NCBI RefSeq assembly: GCF_006345805.1
Contig: NC_043005.1
Location: 36,146,001-36,210,000 of the forward strand
DNA length: 64,000 nt
Direction: 5' to 3'
Source: Octopus sinensis
Lineage: Eukaryota
Shown: in pieces, positions 13,448 to 27,741 of the stretch
How positions within the stretch are numbered: position 1 is the stretch's first letter
Layout of the letters: each line of letters opens with the position of its first letter
Translations under genes and position numbers: made by a program
Notes under the pieces: model-generated
The model's input: only the letters and a program-made list of their open reading frames with translations
The model's database searches: none
Told to the model about the DNA's origin: nothing

Positions 13448-14198
13448 AGTAATAAAACCACAAAAACCCTTGTGAAAATTAGCAACCCAGGGTTTCGTGG
13501 ATGAACTTCAAAATAAAACGAAATGTATTATGTATATCGAAAAAATTACGTTAGTATTAGATAGATGTGTCTTAATTTCAGCTAAGATGTATTTTTTAAA
13601 ATGCGGATAGCAAGAAAAATCCTCACTCCTAGTAGTTAAACATTTATTCGAGGTCCTTAAGTACTTCAGAAGGTGTGAAGAGAGGGTGATTTGTCTGGTA
13701 TTTCTAGCATGTTGAACGAACATATAGAAGTGATGCATCAGTCTAAAATATAAATATTTAAAGCAGAGACCTAGAAGATGAAATATTACAAAGTAGTTAT
13801 TAACAGAACGTGCATTTAATATTAAAAACAATGATGAATTAATAAGATATATTAAATGAAAAAATAACACACAACTAAACATAAGCTTCAATAAAAATAA
13901 TTCTGTCTACGGAGGAACGATGAAAACAAAATATTATTCGTATTAAAGAGATGGAGATTAAACACTATGCAATAAATATTTTTAGATGTCTTATAGCACA
14001 AAAGCAAATCGAATTGTTTGAATACATCGTAAGACTGATCCGCGAAGTAATAATTTCAAATAGCGTTGACCGTAATTTAGCCCGGTCTGGAAAACGGTAT
14101 AACCGGTTAATGTATATCACTTGACATGCATAATATGACAAACAAATAAACACCTTTTCAGTTAAATATATTACTAATAATAATAGTTCAAATTTATA

Positions 14199-14745
<547 letters not shown>

Positions 14746-14801
14746 GACATATGTGTATGAATATATATATATTTATTATATATATATATATATATATTTA
14801 T

Positions 14802-15068
14802 CACCGTGACCGACCAGGCTATCAGATGTTGCTACACATCGCTGGTCACAATGTACTTCGCATTGTTTTAGCCTTCAAATGACGCCACCCCGCTGGCTAA
14901 GCGAGCAGGACAACAAAAGAGCGAGAGAAAGTTGTGGTGAGAGAGTCACCACTCCCTGCAGGAGACTCGTGGAGCTTTAGGTCTTTTCGCTCAATAAACA
15001 CTCACAACGCCCGGTCTGGGAATCGAAACCGCGTCTTACAACCGCGAGTCCGCTGCCCTAACCACTGG
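14802..15068 (-). mobile_element. tRNA-derived SINE family C, tail variant 1
   Basis: Head matches the reverse complement of about 47810-47970; the 3' tail differs. Confidence 0.85.
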
Positions 15069-15072
15069 TGGC

Positions 15073-15116
<44 letters not shown>

Positions 15117-16059
15117 ATGCCACCTGCTGTCACACACTTATCAGGTCAAAGGTTGGAAGTGCTAAAGTGATGTCTATATCTAATCCCGACTATAGAGCCA
15201 CCTAAAACAGTTAGGAAGGCACGGTACATGTTTACTAATCCATACACGCTTGCAGGTGACACCAGATTATTCTATAAATGAATATACATTCACACTCATA
15301 CTCACGCATTCCTTTCAAATGTTCAAAAGTTCGTTTTTAACGACTAAATATATATACGCTATGATTAACTAAAACCTGTGGACTCATAAATTATCTCAAC
15401 ACAATTATGATTTCTATTTTAATATATTCACTTATTTTGGTGGCTTCTACCCACTGAAGTTGTGATTTCAACTTTCACTTTCAATAAACTTTATCTTCAA
15501 GAATCTTCATATATCTTCAGAAATCACAAGGGTCTACAGGGTGTGATGATTATGGTTGAAAAACCGCTCAGTTAATATTGCAACGCCGATGCAGTACTGT
15601 GTTCTTAGTTAACGCAATAGATTAGATGCACTAAATTTACCAATTGTTGAACGTGTAAAAACTGTCAGAGACAATGTTGTTAAGCTCTATGCTGTTTTGG
15701 TATATTAACATGTTGCCTGATAATTTACAGTACTAACATACTGTCCCCTCATGAGATGAAAATAGATATTATTTATGTTTGGTTTCTCCATAAAATTTGA
15801 GAACTGAATGATCTCTCAGAGCAATAGCAGTCATAAATTTAAAAGTTATTTCATATCTTAAGGGATTAAAAACTTGCTGCCGGTGTAGAACTTTTAGTTT
15901 CGTGCTAAATGTTTTTGTGACAACCAGCCAGCCAGACACAGATACACACACACACTCACACAGACGCACACAGGCACACACACGCACACAGGCACACACA
16001 CAGAGGTAGATCAATATCAACCTATGAATTTAAACACAAAACAAAAGAAGTCCAAAGGA

Positions 16060-16215
16060 TATTCACAGTGAGTATTATCAGTTCGACGTTCGAAAAGAAA
16101 TATTATAAAGGGTAAGTTGACGTTTCGAGTATAATCCTTCGTCAGAAATGTAAGGGAGTCCTGAGATGAGAAAAATGAGGGGCGAAAAAATAGAAAAAAG
16201 CACGTGTGTCACTAC
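16060..16215 (-). mobile_element. Short hammerhead-bearing repeat related to 14199-14745
   Basis: Minus strand CTGACGA aggattatactc GAAAC GTC at 16119-16145, in similar purine-rich context. Confidence 0.55.
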
Positions 16216-16244
16216 ATGTTCAAATCATAACTACATATATGTAT

Positions 16245-16585
16245 CTTTGTTCAGTCATTCGATTACGGTCAAGCTGGGGCACCGTCTTGAAACATTTTAG
16301 TCAAACGGATCGAGCCAAATTCTTATTTCTTTTCAAGTGGGGTTCTTATTCTATCGATCTTTTTATCTGAAATGCTAAGTTACGGGGGCGTAAACATAAC
16401 ACCACTGCTTGATAAACAGAGATAAATGTCACACATATATTACAGGCTTCCTTCAGTTTCCGTCTACTAAATTCACTCCCAAGGCTTTGGTCGGCCCGGG
16501 GCTGTAGCAGGCACGTGCCCAAAATACCATGCAGTGGGACTGAACCCGGGACTATGTGGTTGGGAAGTAAAATTCTTACTACACC
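16245..16585 (-). mobile_element. SINE family A
   Basis: Reverse complement similarity; GGGACTGAACCCGG is the reverse-strand B box. Confidence 0.8.
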
Positions 16586-17149
16586 TCGAAAATGAAATAC
16601 GACAGTAATTTTGTAAATTCAATTTGATACATCCTGGAACGTATTAAGAATGCAGATGTACACTATTATTTTGATTGTGGCTGTTCTCTGAGTGCACGAT
16701 AATTTAACTTTGGTTTGCCAGATATCAATAGACATCAGTAAATAATTTGTTTGTTAAATTCTATAAAATGACTCACCAGCAGTGTTAGTTTATTTGATCC
16801 TTGGCTAGCCTTGAGTGAGGAAACACAGGGTGGTCGAAATACTGCAGGGTTTTAAAACCCCTTTACGTCAATAAATCGTGTGTGTTGTGAAGAAAACATT
16901 AGAAAGGTGAAGGCGTCCTCTGAAGGCGAAAAATAATAGTAGTTAACATATTGACATTCGAATTAGCGGGAATGTAATAAAAATGAACATGGTCATCATT
17001 GCTTTGGTTCTCGCTGATCTCAGTGCACATTGTATGTATGTATGTATGTATGTATGTATGTATGTATGTATGCATGTATGTTCGTGCGTACGTACGTACG
17101 TGTGTACTTATGTATGAATATATATATATATGTGTGTGTGTGTGTATAA

Positions 17150-17236
17150 TTTTGGGCAAGTGTATTCTACTATAGCCTCGGGCCGACCAAAACCTTGTGA
17201 GTGGATTAGATAGACGGAAACTGAAAGAAGCTCATG

Positions 17237-17290
<54 letters not shown>

Positions 17291-17515
17291 GTATGGTGTA
17301 TGTGTGTGTATGCCTTTGCGTCCATGTTTGTCTCCACCACCAGTTGACAACCGGTGTTGGTATCTTTACATCCTCATAATTTGGTGGTTCGGCAAATTAG
17401 TGTGACAGACTATGTACTGGGCTTAAACAGTAAACCTTAGTATCAATTTCTTTCGCTAAAACCCTTCAAAGCGGTGCCCCAGCATGGCCACAGTCAAATG
17501 ACTGAAGCAAGTAAA
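17150..17515 (+). mobile_element. SINE family A, 5'-truncated
   Basis: Matches 287-713. Confidence 0.8.
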
Positions 17516-17599
17516 CTGATAAACACTAGAACATAATAATAATGATTACATATATACACACACAGATATAGCGAATGTAAATAGACACCCTTATAATCA

Positions 17600-18425
17600 T
17601 TAAAATTTATATAAATCTGAAATTTTATATTCAAATTATTTATCAATTGCTATAATGTGAATATCTAATATTTAGTTAACATGTTCTTTACATTTTTCAA
17701 TGCAAGGACCCTATTAGGCATGTTACTGGTCAGATGACGAATATTCTCTTGGGGAATTTCTTGCCAAGTTTCATGCAGTAATCTCAAAAGAACTGGCTCT
17801 GAAGATGCTTTCTTTTTATTTTTACGAAGTGTCCTGTTCATTATGCCCCAGAGGTGTTTAATAGGGTTCATATCTAGTGACTGGCTTGGTCATCCTTTTT
17901 CTTTAATGCTATTCTTTTCTAACCAATCTACAGTCTTTTTAGCCGTGTGACAAGGAGCACCATCTTCCATAAGTAATCTTCTTTAATCATTTCACCATTG
18001 GAGAAGATTAGAAAGGATCCTTTATGCATCATGTACACATATTTATCTGAGCTTATGTTTCCATCACATCCCACCAGCTCTGATTGACCATTGCTCCAAA
18101 TTGCTCCCCAGACCACCACAAAATAGTTGCCTTGTTTCATTGTTTGCAGCTATCTTTTCATGTCAAAGTCTTAATCACAGAGACCTACACTCGATCACTG
18201 ACAGAAAATGCAACAAATCTGGACTCATTAGAGAATATAATAGTGTCCTAAACTGCTAGCGGTTATTCTATCCTCTCACTGGCCCAATTTTATCTTTACT
18301 TTATACTGTCTGGTTGAAGAAGTGGCTTCCTTCTTGCTGCTCTGCCATAGTAGCCAAGTTTGTGGAGATACCTGTCAGCTGTTATGGGACTAACATCAAC
18401 TTGTTCTGCTATGTAAGAGGCGTTA
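17600..18425 (-). mobile_element. Tc1-like (DD34E-type) transposase pseudogene
   Basis: Across frameshifts: YLHKLGYYGRAARRKPLL, IIFSNESRF, VVVWGAIWSNG, DGAPCHTAK, PSQSLDMNPIKHLWG, LTSNMPNRVLAL...TKY. The 5' part is cut by the PLE. Confidence 0.88.
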
Positions 18426-18429
18426 CAAT

Positions 18430-19995
18430 GAAGGGAATAAAAAAACTTGTGGATTTAGCGGTTAATCATGGCGACTGGTTGAACAAAGGTAATTGGACAG
18501 GAGAGCTAGGAAGAAGGGGAGATAATAAAGTACTGGTGATGCCAAAACGAAGGTGCGCGTGCGTTGTGTAGGTGTAAGTGTGTAAGTGTGTGCGTGTGGA
18601 AAGGGGCTGGTGACTTTGACGTGTGGATTTGTGGGTGTGTGCATCTGTAATGTGTAAGCGTATGGATGATGGTGTGGATGCTGGGAGGTGTTGAGTGCTA
18701 GTGTGTGCGGAGTGGTGTGGGGTGATGTGATGTAGTGTGTGGTGTGGGGATGTAAGGGTGGGGTGTTGGATTAGGGGTGGGTATGTGGGAGTGGAATGTG
18801 TGGGGGTGGAATGGAGGGGTAAGAGATGAGGTAGGTGTCAGAGGAAGAGAGGAGAGGAGGGGAGTCAGATGAATAGGGGAGGGGAGTTGAGCCCATATGA
18901 CACAAAGGAGCGAAGAGAGAAGATTAATTTCTGTTCACGGCGAAGATGCCCGCAAAATGATCAACTGCTTGGAACTGGCCAAGAGCTGGTGTCCAGTGGG
19001 ATGGTTGGCGGCTCAGGTCGGTGAAGCAGTCTTCTTTGTTAAATACAGGTGGAGCGTTGTGGAATAGTGCATATAACCTGACACAACGACGAAACTATGA
19101 ATATCAGCACGGGTCTGAAATTCGTTACTGGATGGAGTGAGGGGGATGAAACGCAAAAACTTACTGAGAAGGGAGCGCTCCGTCTCAGAGAAGACAAGAT
19201 CAGGAGGAATGGTAACAACAGACTGAAGTAGGGAGGGGTGGATGTGTTAGATGTGGGTGGGTGGTGGGAATAGTGGAAGGCTGGGAGGAGAGAGAAGAGG
19301 GGTAAATGTTTGTGTGTGGGAGTTGGAATAACGGAAGGGTTGGGGGAAGATGAAGGAGTGGGGGTAGTGACATCGGGTGTGACTGAATGAAAAAGTGAGT
19401 GGAGTTTACGTTGTTTAGTGCGAGCGACAAACTTGTGGAAAAGATAATTTAAGTGGATTATGTAGCGTAGAGTGGAATGTGCATAAGAAGGTGAAAGAGA
19501 GGAAAAAAGATGGAATAAGCGAGAGGGAGAAGGCGGTCGAAGGTGTTGGAGAGATTGGAACAAATAGCGGCACGTATAATGCGGTAGGATGTAGTACGTA
19601 GTATGGGTAGGACGGCAGGAGTAGAGTAGGAAATGGGGTGGAAATGGAGGGGGAAACCTTTGGGGATGATGTGGTGGTGAAGGCAGCGACTGAGAAATGA
19701 AAGGTGGCTAGAGAACTATTTTTTTTTTGAAAATTAGTAGGGAAAGATTAATAGAAGGTTGAAAGCAACGGAAAGGACTTGTAGAAAGGTATTTCTTTAG
19801 GCGGTGGTGAAGGTGGAGGAGGAAAGATTTGTTATCGGGCAAGCTTGAAAAAGAAGTGGCAGAGAGAAAGGCAAAGACATGACGTACGGAGTATAAAAGT
19901 TCAAAAACTTCAAAAGGTGTGAGAAGAAAAGGAAAAGGAAAAGAAAAAGCGAGTGCGACAGGCAAAATAATGTACGGTTTAAGAGAAAACGGATA
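18430..19995 (-). mobile_element. Penelope-like element, internally deleted (N-terminus joined to extreme C-terminus, RT absent)
   Basis: Minus-strand motifs HLSFLSRCLHHHIIPKGF, VVTIPPDLVFSETERSLLSKFLRFIP and SHWTPALGQFQAVDHF are followed directly by LRREQKLIFSLRSFVSYGLN (end of the GIY-YIG region) near 18950, then a C-rich 3' UTR. Boundaries approximate. Confidence 0.75.
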
Positions 19996-20060
19996 TGTGT
20001 GTGTGTGTGTGTATATACACATATACATACATATATACATATATAGTATATATATATGTA

Positions 20061-20157
<97 letters not shown>

Positions 20158-20164
20158 GTATATA

Positions 20165-20248
20165 TGTGTGACCTCGTGAGTACCGTTGGAGATTTTTTTT
20201 CCTCTGTCTTCCTTTCTCGGGATCTTTCCTTCTCCTATGTTTCCGTGC
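20165..20248 (+). mobile_element. Fragment of the same short repeat as 62655-62890, inside (TA)n
   Basis: GTGACCTCG...TTCCTCTGTCTTCCTTTCTC.GGATCTTTCCTTCTCCTATGT matches the reverse complement of about 62810-62885. Confidence 0.8.
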
Positions 20249-20263
20249 TATATATGTATATAC

Positions 20264-20364
<101 letters not shown>

Positions 20365-21554
20365 ATATGTATATGTACATGTATCTCTGCCTTTGTCGCT
20401 GTCTCTCAGTTTGTCACTGTGTGTATATATATAATATATATGTATGCATGTTTATATATATATATATATGAACGACTGAGGGAACAGATGTAGGAAAGTA
20501 GCACACAGCGTATTTTGTTGGTGTCACATGTATTTAATGAGTCTGACTCGGAGCCATATTACTTATAGTTTCGTGAACATAGGACGCGTCTAACCTATCA
20601 GTTGTTCGAGAGCCTATGTAGATGTGTGCGTGCGTGTGTACATATGCACTCGCATCGCGCACGTGTGTGTGCATGCTCGCCTATGTGTGTGTTTGCGTGT
20701 GATGTCCCCTTCTATTTATGTATGTGTGTCTATGGAATTATTTTTGTAAAATAAATAATAGTAGAATATAAATGCAGCATCACATTTTCACTTATACCGC
20801 TAACGTTCTGGAGAGAGGGTGTGACTAAGAGAGAGAGAGAGAGAGGGGCGGAGAGAAAGAGAGTGGGAAAGGGAGAAAGAGATAGGGTGAAGGAAAGGCA
20901 TGAATGTCATGCAACTTTATTACGTTTCTTCTATAAGATTTGAATCCTTGTTATTTGTGTGATGATAACATATGAATTTATTGCTTTCTTTCTAATATTA
21001 GCACAAGACTCGAAACTTTGGGTGCACCGATTCCTCAATTATACTATTCTCAGTAATTCACTGGAACTTTATTTTATCGACCTCGTAAACTTGAGAGTCA
21101 AACTTGATCTCTGTGGGATTCGAACTGTGAACTCAGAGCCGAAAGTTATGTTGCAAAGCATTTTCTTTGACGCTCTAGTGATTCTGCCAGCTCGAAGTAC
21201 ATCAAGACAAATCGATTTGCAGTTTCTAGTTATGACACATTACCTCCTACTTTCAAATCTTTGTGAGGCCAGCTTTGCTTGCATGTCTTCTGAAGCATTT
21301 ATTACGCAGAAAAAATAAAATACTCATCAAGAACCGAGTTTGATGTCATTGATCATTTCTTCACTATCAAACTTGTGACTTTTTTTTTTCCTAATTCAAA
21401 TATCAATACATGTTAAGACCAGTTCAGATATAATTTATAAAGATTTGAATTTGTAAAAGGCTTTTACAATTTGTCGTGGAGAGAAAAATATTCACTCTTA
21501 AGAGAAAAAGATATTAGAACATTATATTCAGTTTAGAGAGCTCGCTATTCGACT

Positions 21555-21592
21555 GATACATACATTTCGACCTCGTTAGTTCTCTTCAGCAT
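21555..21592 (-). ncRNA. Degenerate hammerhead-like motif
   Basis: Minus strand CTGAAGA gaac taacga ggtc GAAA tgtatg TA. Stem III is consistent with a CpG-decayed ACGTACGT palindrome; stem I is not evident. Confidence 0.35.
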
Positions 21593-21655
21593 GAGATAAC
21601 TAGAAAGTGAAGCTCTGTTTATTGGAAGTCAGTCAATAATATGGACTGATAGCTA

Positions 21656-21870
21656 AGGCGGCGATCTGGCAGAATCGTTACCACACCAGGCAAAATGCTT
21701 AGCGGCATTTCGTCGTTCTTTACATTCTGAGGTCAAATTCCGCCGAGGTTGACTTTGCTTTTCATCTTTTCGGGTTCGACAAAATAAATAAATAAATACC
21801 AGTTGAACACGGGGATCGATGTAATCAACTAACACGAAATTGGTAGTCTTGTACCAAAATGTGTAACCAA
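21656..21870 (+). mobile_element. SINE family B
   Basis: GGCGGCGATCTGGCAGAATCGTTA head and CTTTTCATCTTTTCGGG core. Confidence 0.85.
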
Positions 21871-22664
21871 TATTATGAACTGATAGAGAAGAATGGCCAC
21901 CAGGCGAGAACAAAATCGTCTCTGTCACTGCTTCGCTCATCTAGTCAAGATTTTGTTCTACAAACTGCAGTGAAACGCCATTAAAGTTTCAAATATTTCT
22001 CAAGCGTATTTGAACTGATATTACTCACGATATATCTTAATTCTAATATATAACAACTTTCAAAAATAGGTGTTGTCAAAACTGGAAAAAAATTCAACCA
22101 AATTATTTACAATATTCTAAATTCAAGTCACGTCTTTCATCCTACTGGGACAGATTAAAAAGAAAATGTTTAATCTGTTCGATTTTGTGCTCGTCAATAC
22201 ACGTTCTTAGCTCCCAGACTGTTAAATATTCCATTATATGTTTTAATTTATTAAAAACCTAAACGTATTTTATGAACTTACTTATAATATTACCAAAATA
22301 TTTTACATGTGATTTTTTAAATTTAATTTTTGGAGTAAAGGGAAAGTTTCTTTCGGCACCTTAGTATTCCAGTGAGTGAATCTTGGAGAATATTCTCTTA
22401 CTTCATGATTGGTGAAAATTGATTTGATTTTTACGTTGTGCAATATAGGCCGTTACTTTTGTAAATATTTAATTCTTATTTATGCCTTTTGGCAATATAA
22501 ACATATTCCGTTTGAGCAGGCAATGGCTTGGGAGAGTAACGATGTGGGCACCGGTCTAAATATCTAATCGGTGTTTATTTCGTCTCCTTGTATGTTGATT
22601 TCTAATCTCGCTGATGTCAATTTTACCTTTCGTGCATTCTAGGATGATAAAGGACTGTCCCTTC

Positions 22665-22932
22665 TTAGGTCTGTTATGATCCCTAAGACTCATAAGGCCG
22701 GAGCGTGTCTCAGGTTCTATGGTGTGCAAATGGTTGAGGTACTTCCTCGAGAGCGGGACGACCGCCCGGAACAGGAGTAATTTCCTAGCTGTTCTTGTAA
22801 TTCATTGCAGCTGAGTGGAATAGAGCAACATAAACATTTACCTCAAGATCACAACGCTCCGCCCGGTCCGGGAATCGAAATCACGATTTTACAATCGTAA
22901 GTACAACACTTTAACCACTTGACCACGAGCCG
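22665..22932 (-). mobile_element. SINE family D, degenerate
   Basis: CAGCTGAGTGGA...CCCGGTCCGGGAATCGAAA shared with 59833-60080. Confidence 0.7.
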
Positions 22933-24502
22933 TCAATAAGTGTCAGTAGACTGAAGGAATTGTTAGAACATCGGAAACGATCCCTTGCAGCATTTCTTTC
23001 GGCTCTTTGCGTCCTGAGTTCAAATCATACTTGTATAGAATACTTAATCCTTGAGTTGCTGTAGCAGAATCCAGTCTGTTGTAATCATTTGGATCCAATC
23101 TCTAGCATGAAGAGTCCCAAGCAGCGTGAGAGACCGTGGCCATGACCCTCGTTCCTCACCAAAAATTGAAGCATTTTCAGATTAAAAACTTTACTTCTTT
23201 TATGACCGAGTCAGTGGAGGAAGAGCAATGGCCACGTCCTTGATTAGGCTCTCGGAGACTGGTTGGATGGGCAAGGAGTGGAAGAAACACGGAGTTTGTT
23301 GCGTTGAGAAATAGAACATCAATATATCGATTTATCCTCTGGTCAAGAAGCCGTTTACAACATTTGCAACAGGGTTAAGTCTGTTAAAGATATTCGTGTG
23401 TCAGTTGGGGAAGGTAAACCGAGTGATAGGTAAAGCCAAAGATCTTCAGCCCATTCAACAGGCTCTTTATAGTTTTTATTTACTTAATTTCACTTATGGA
23501 GCTTGGATCAACCAGTGTCTATTATAGTAGAGATTTGATCAAGCTGAAAGTCGATATTTTGTTAATTATTTTAATTATGCTTCTGGGTTTTTATACGCAA
23601 CCTGTTAGTGGGAGTTCGGTTGCCTCGAACGAACCCTACTGAGTGATGTAAGGATATATAATGTACAAACACACGATGGATTCTCCCGTCGGCCACGACG
23701 TATGAGGGTTTAACAGCCAATATTATAGCTGTCAAATTACTCACACAGATGACTTGCAATTATGAAGGCTTGTGAAGAATCAGCCACACTTTTTGGAAAT
23801 GCTGATAACAGAAACTTGGTGCAAATGTTTGTCACAAACTCAAGGAGCAGCTTACCGCAAGCTTTTCTATTAAAATGCGCCATATCGTTGGTTAGTTGAC
23901 TTCTTGATGTGACAGTGCAACTCATCTTGGTAGGCTTAATGCACACACCCCAATAATTCACACCCCACATGTAAACACATACACACGTGTGTGTGTGTGC
24001 GTGTGTGCGCGTGTGTGTGTGTGTGTGAGTGTATGTATTATGTGGATAGAGTTAAAATCCAAACAGTACCCTCTTGAAGCACATCTGCTTATTTCACTAC
24101 ACCAACTCTGTATGTAGATGTTATATTGTTGTGAGTTATGTAAATGAGTTGCAAATACTGGAAAATATTTTCCACAGAGAAATAATATCAAAATAGGAAA
24201 CTGCAAAATTTTTGGCGTTATTCATTCATCATTACACCTGCTAATAGGAGTCACAAAATAGGATATGTAGTAGAAAACGTAAGATATCTGTTAGTAGAAG
24301 TTTTTCGGACAGAATAAAATAATTATTTCATTCTTTATCTGAAGAATTTCTAAAAGGAGATACCTTACATATTTTCTAGTACATGATGAATTTTATGACT
24401 TCTATTAGGAAATGAAACGCGTATAAGGGTGAATAAATAATTTTTTAAAAATTGCAAAGTCCTCTTTTAATATGTATATACGTACGTGCGTATATATATA
24501 TA

Positions 24503-24544
<42 letters not shown>

Positions 24545-24549
<5 letters not shown>

Positions 24550-24775
24550 TGTCTGTGTGTCTGTATGTCTGTCTCTGTGTTTGTTCCCTCTACTGCTTGA
24601 CAACTGGTGTTGGTGTTTAGTTCCCCGTAACTTATCAGTTTGGCAAAGGTGATCGATAAAATAAGTGCCAGGCTTTAAGAGAAAAATATATACTGGTGTC
24701 CATTTGCACGACTAAAATGCTTCAGGGTGGTGCCCCAGCATGGCTGCAGTCTAATGACTAAAACAAGTAAAAGAT
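24545..24775 (+). mobile_element. SINE family A, 3' half
   Basis: Matches the 3' body and tail of 287-713. Confidence 0.8.
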
Positions 24776-24799
24776 GTAATATATATATATATCGATAGA

Positions 24800-25060
24800 T
24801 AGACAAATATGTCACATAATTGGCGCTCTTGAATTCATCTTTCCTTTGACGGGATTTGTTTTTCATCCCACAGGGTGTCTCAAAACCATCCTTGATAATC
24901 AGATTTGGTGGTGCTGCCGGTTTAGTCACCGAGGGCCGGCCCCCCACAGCCATGCCACACATGAGGTCACATGATACGAAAAACACTCAAGAGAGACAAT
25001 ATGCAGACACATTGCATTTACCAACAATATTCTTGGTCGCACTTCTGGTTACACCCTAGT
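24800..25060 (-). mobile_element. Possible piggyBac-like transposase C-terminal fragment
   Basis: Minus strand KCNV/LHIVSLECFSYH across one frameshift resembles the piggyBac cysteine-rich C-terminus. Confidence 0.3.
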
Positions 25061-25493
25061 GTTGTTAAGTAACTTTACATAATTCCACAAAATTGTTACG
25101 GAGGCCGGAAGTTTAAGTAAAGCTGTATATAATCAGAAAATGGATTGGGAAGATCAGAAAGAAAAAAATATAACAGTTACACATTCGCTTGCATATAAAC
25201 ACCGAAACACACTAACATACACAGATACACAGATATACGTAGACACGCATAAACAAAACCAGCAAATTACGAAAACAATCATGCAATAATTAGAAGCCAA
25301 TGTCACATCCTTTTATTAGTTAATTAACCTAATATTAGCATCATTAATAAAGACGGACAACAGAACAATAAAATCTAATTTTAAAATTAAAATTGATTTT
25401 GTTGTAAGGACTTGAATCTTATAATATTTTACATCGTAGAGCAGTTTGTTAACATCCTGGTATAAATAAGAAAATATTTTATCCTTATATAAA

Positions 25494-25579
25494 TTTCTTC
25501 TTCTTCTTCCACTTCTTCTTCTTCTTCTTCTCTTCTTCTTCTTCTTCTTCTTCTTCTTCTTCTTCTTCTTCTTCTTCTT

Positions 25580-25619
<40 letters not shown>

Positions 25620-25674
25620 CACCACCACCACTACTACCACCACCACCACCACCACCACCACCACCACCACTACC

Positions 25675-25735
<61 letters not shown>

Positions 25736-25801
25736 ATAATAATAATAATAATAATACTTCCTATTCTTTTTCCTGTTTTTTCTTCATCTCTTATCTTTTT
25801 C
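25494..25801. repeat. Composite microsatellite (CTT)n(CTA)n(CCA)n(TAA)n with 46-bp unique flank
   Basis: Inverted counterpart at 53112-53350. Confidence 0.9.
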
Positions 25802-26094
25802 TTCATCTCTTATCTCTTATCTTCTTTCCAAATATTCACCTAGAAATGGAAGCTAACTACAAAATATTACTTACCTACCTACCTACCTACCAACCTGTTA
25901 TATCATTATGGATAAACGAATACACTGCAACACTGCAATGACAAGATAATAGAAACAAACGGCAGTAACAACACGTAACGTAGCAACAGTCTTTTAAGAA
26001 CCAACAATCCAACACACTAGCTTGAAGTGTAAACTCCAGCTTTGTAAACTCCAGCTTTGAACTACCAGCACATGAACTGTGGTACTGGTACTAT

Positions 26095-27365
26095 GATTTT
26101 ATTTAAACCACAAGGATTAAACAAAGAGGAGACAATACACGGGACAAATGGGGTCGGGGACTTATTGAATATTACACATATGAAGAAATACATTATAATT
26201 TCGGATGAAAAATGAAAAAAATGAACGAACGCAGAATTGGTTTGATCCTACCAACCACATTCCTACGTTGAACCTCGCCTTTTCGTTTTAAAACTCCGCT
26301 TAATTAGGCATTTACAAACCCAACATTCCTCCATCTTCTTTCGTACGTTTTGCTTTCCCTCTTAGGTGATATAAAATGAGTTGAACCAAAGTATGTCAGG
26401 AGACAAAGGTAGTCTGATGCCATACCTCTTCCACACGTCTTCCATATCAACGCTTTCGCTATAGCTATTAGGGCTAAAAAACAGAATTTCTCTTCTCCTT
26501 TTAGAGGAGACGGCGGAACGATCTTAGTAATCGATTCGGCTGACATCTGAATTCTCCCTATCTGTGACAGTACTCGTTCGGTAGAAACCCACAGGTCCGA
26601 GTGACTCGGACACTGTACGATTGCATGCAGAACAGTTTCGATGCTCTGATCGGAACGTGGGCACGTAGGCGAAACTGTGACGCCGTGCCTTGCGAGTTTA
26701 TCCCGAACTGGCAAGGCACTTCAGAAGCACAGCCAAGTCAGGGACCTCTGGAAGTTGTCCATAGTTTCCGGGTCGAATGACCTTCGATGCAGGTTGACAA
26801 GCTGACTTTCATCGAAACCCAGAGTCTCCCCCAGGCCGTCATCACACTTGCCCTCTACTAACCCTCTATAGTACACCGAGGTGGTACCCCCTCCACCGGC
26901 ATTGCTAGTTCAGGAGAGAAGCATGAGCGCCTGTCGACACTCTGCTTGCCAAGCTCCCAGCCTTGGTCTACGCTCATTGTCCAGGTAGAGCCAGAGATGT
27001 CTCAACCTCAGCGCATGCCTGCGCATCTTTAGGCACAGCAACCCTAACCCACCCGTTAGCGGCTGTTGGCAGCAGATAGGGCATCTTACAAGAGGCCGCC
27101 TGCCCTCCCACAAGACTTGAAAAAGCATGCGTTCCAACTTGTTTAGTCACGAATCGGGACACGGCACGACGTTTAGGCGGAAGGTAATGACAGGTGCGAT
27201 AAATACATTTGCCACATCCGTGCTCCCTTTCAGGGAAAAGCCTCCGCCCAGACAAGGTCTGTGTTATGGACGCTACCCTGCCTGTAACCTCGCTTCAATT
27301 CTTCTCTACCTGGAGGTCTGAACCAAACTAGAATCCAAGCATTTTCACCAGAACATCTGTCCAGC
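26095..27365 (-). mobile_element. Tx1/L1-clade LINE, 3' part of ORF2 (zf-RVT region), inserted in the Gypsy
   Basis: LERMLFQVLWEGRRPLVR...GGLGL and LPVRDKLARHG...CPR...ETVLHAIVQCP; AATAAA at the 3' end on the minus strand. Confidence 0.85.
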
Positions 27366-27507
27366 GTCCGAGAATCCTATTTACCCTTTCTAAATGAATA
27401 AATGTCTTCAGCAATAGGGAGTGGATGATGGTATGTTTTTAAGCAGATGTTTAATTCTGTAGAGAAATCAGCACACAGCCTAATCTTATTATTATTATTT
27501 TTAGTAC

Positions 27508-27741
27508 ATACCTATTTCTTTACTACCCTCAAGGGGCTAAACACAGAAGGGACAAACAAGGACAGACAAACAGATTTAGTCGATTATATCGACCCCAGTG
27601 CGTAACTGGTACTTATTTAATCGACCCCGAAAGGATGAAAGGCAAAGTCGACCTGGGCAGAATTTAAACTCAGAACGTAGCGGCAGACGAAATACTGCTG
27701 AGCATTTCGCCCGGCGTGCTAACGTTTCTGCCAGCTCGCCG
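27508..27741 (-). mobile_element. SINE family B, full length, inserted in Gypsy RT
   Basis: Reverse complement of 51638-51867; RT motifs resume on both sides. Confidence 0.92.

Noticed and set aside
16805-16850. TTGAGTGA...GGTCGAAATACTGCA hammerhead-like string
   Set aside because: Core spacing is off, there is no stem II pairing and no UH triplet.
23100-23970. Higher-complexity segment with short ORFs
   Set aside because: No frame gave a recognisable protein; probably an old repeat and left unassigned.
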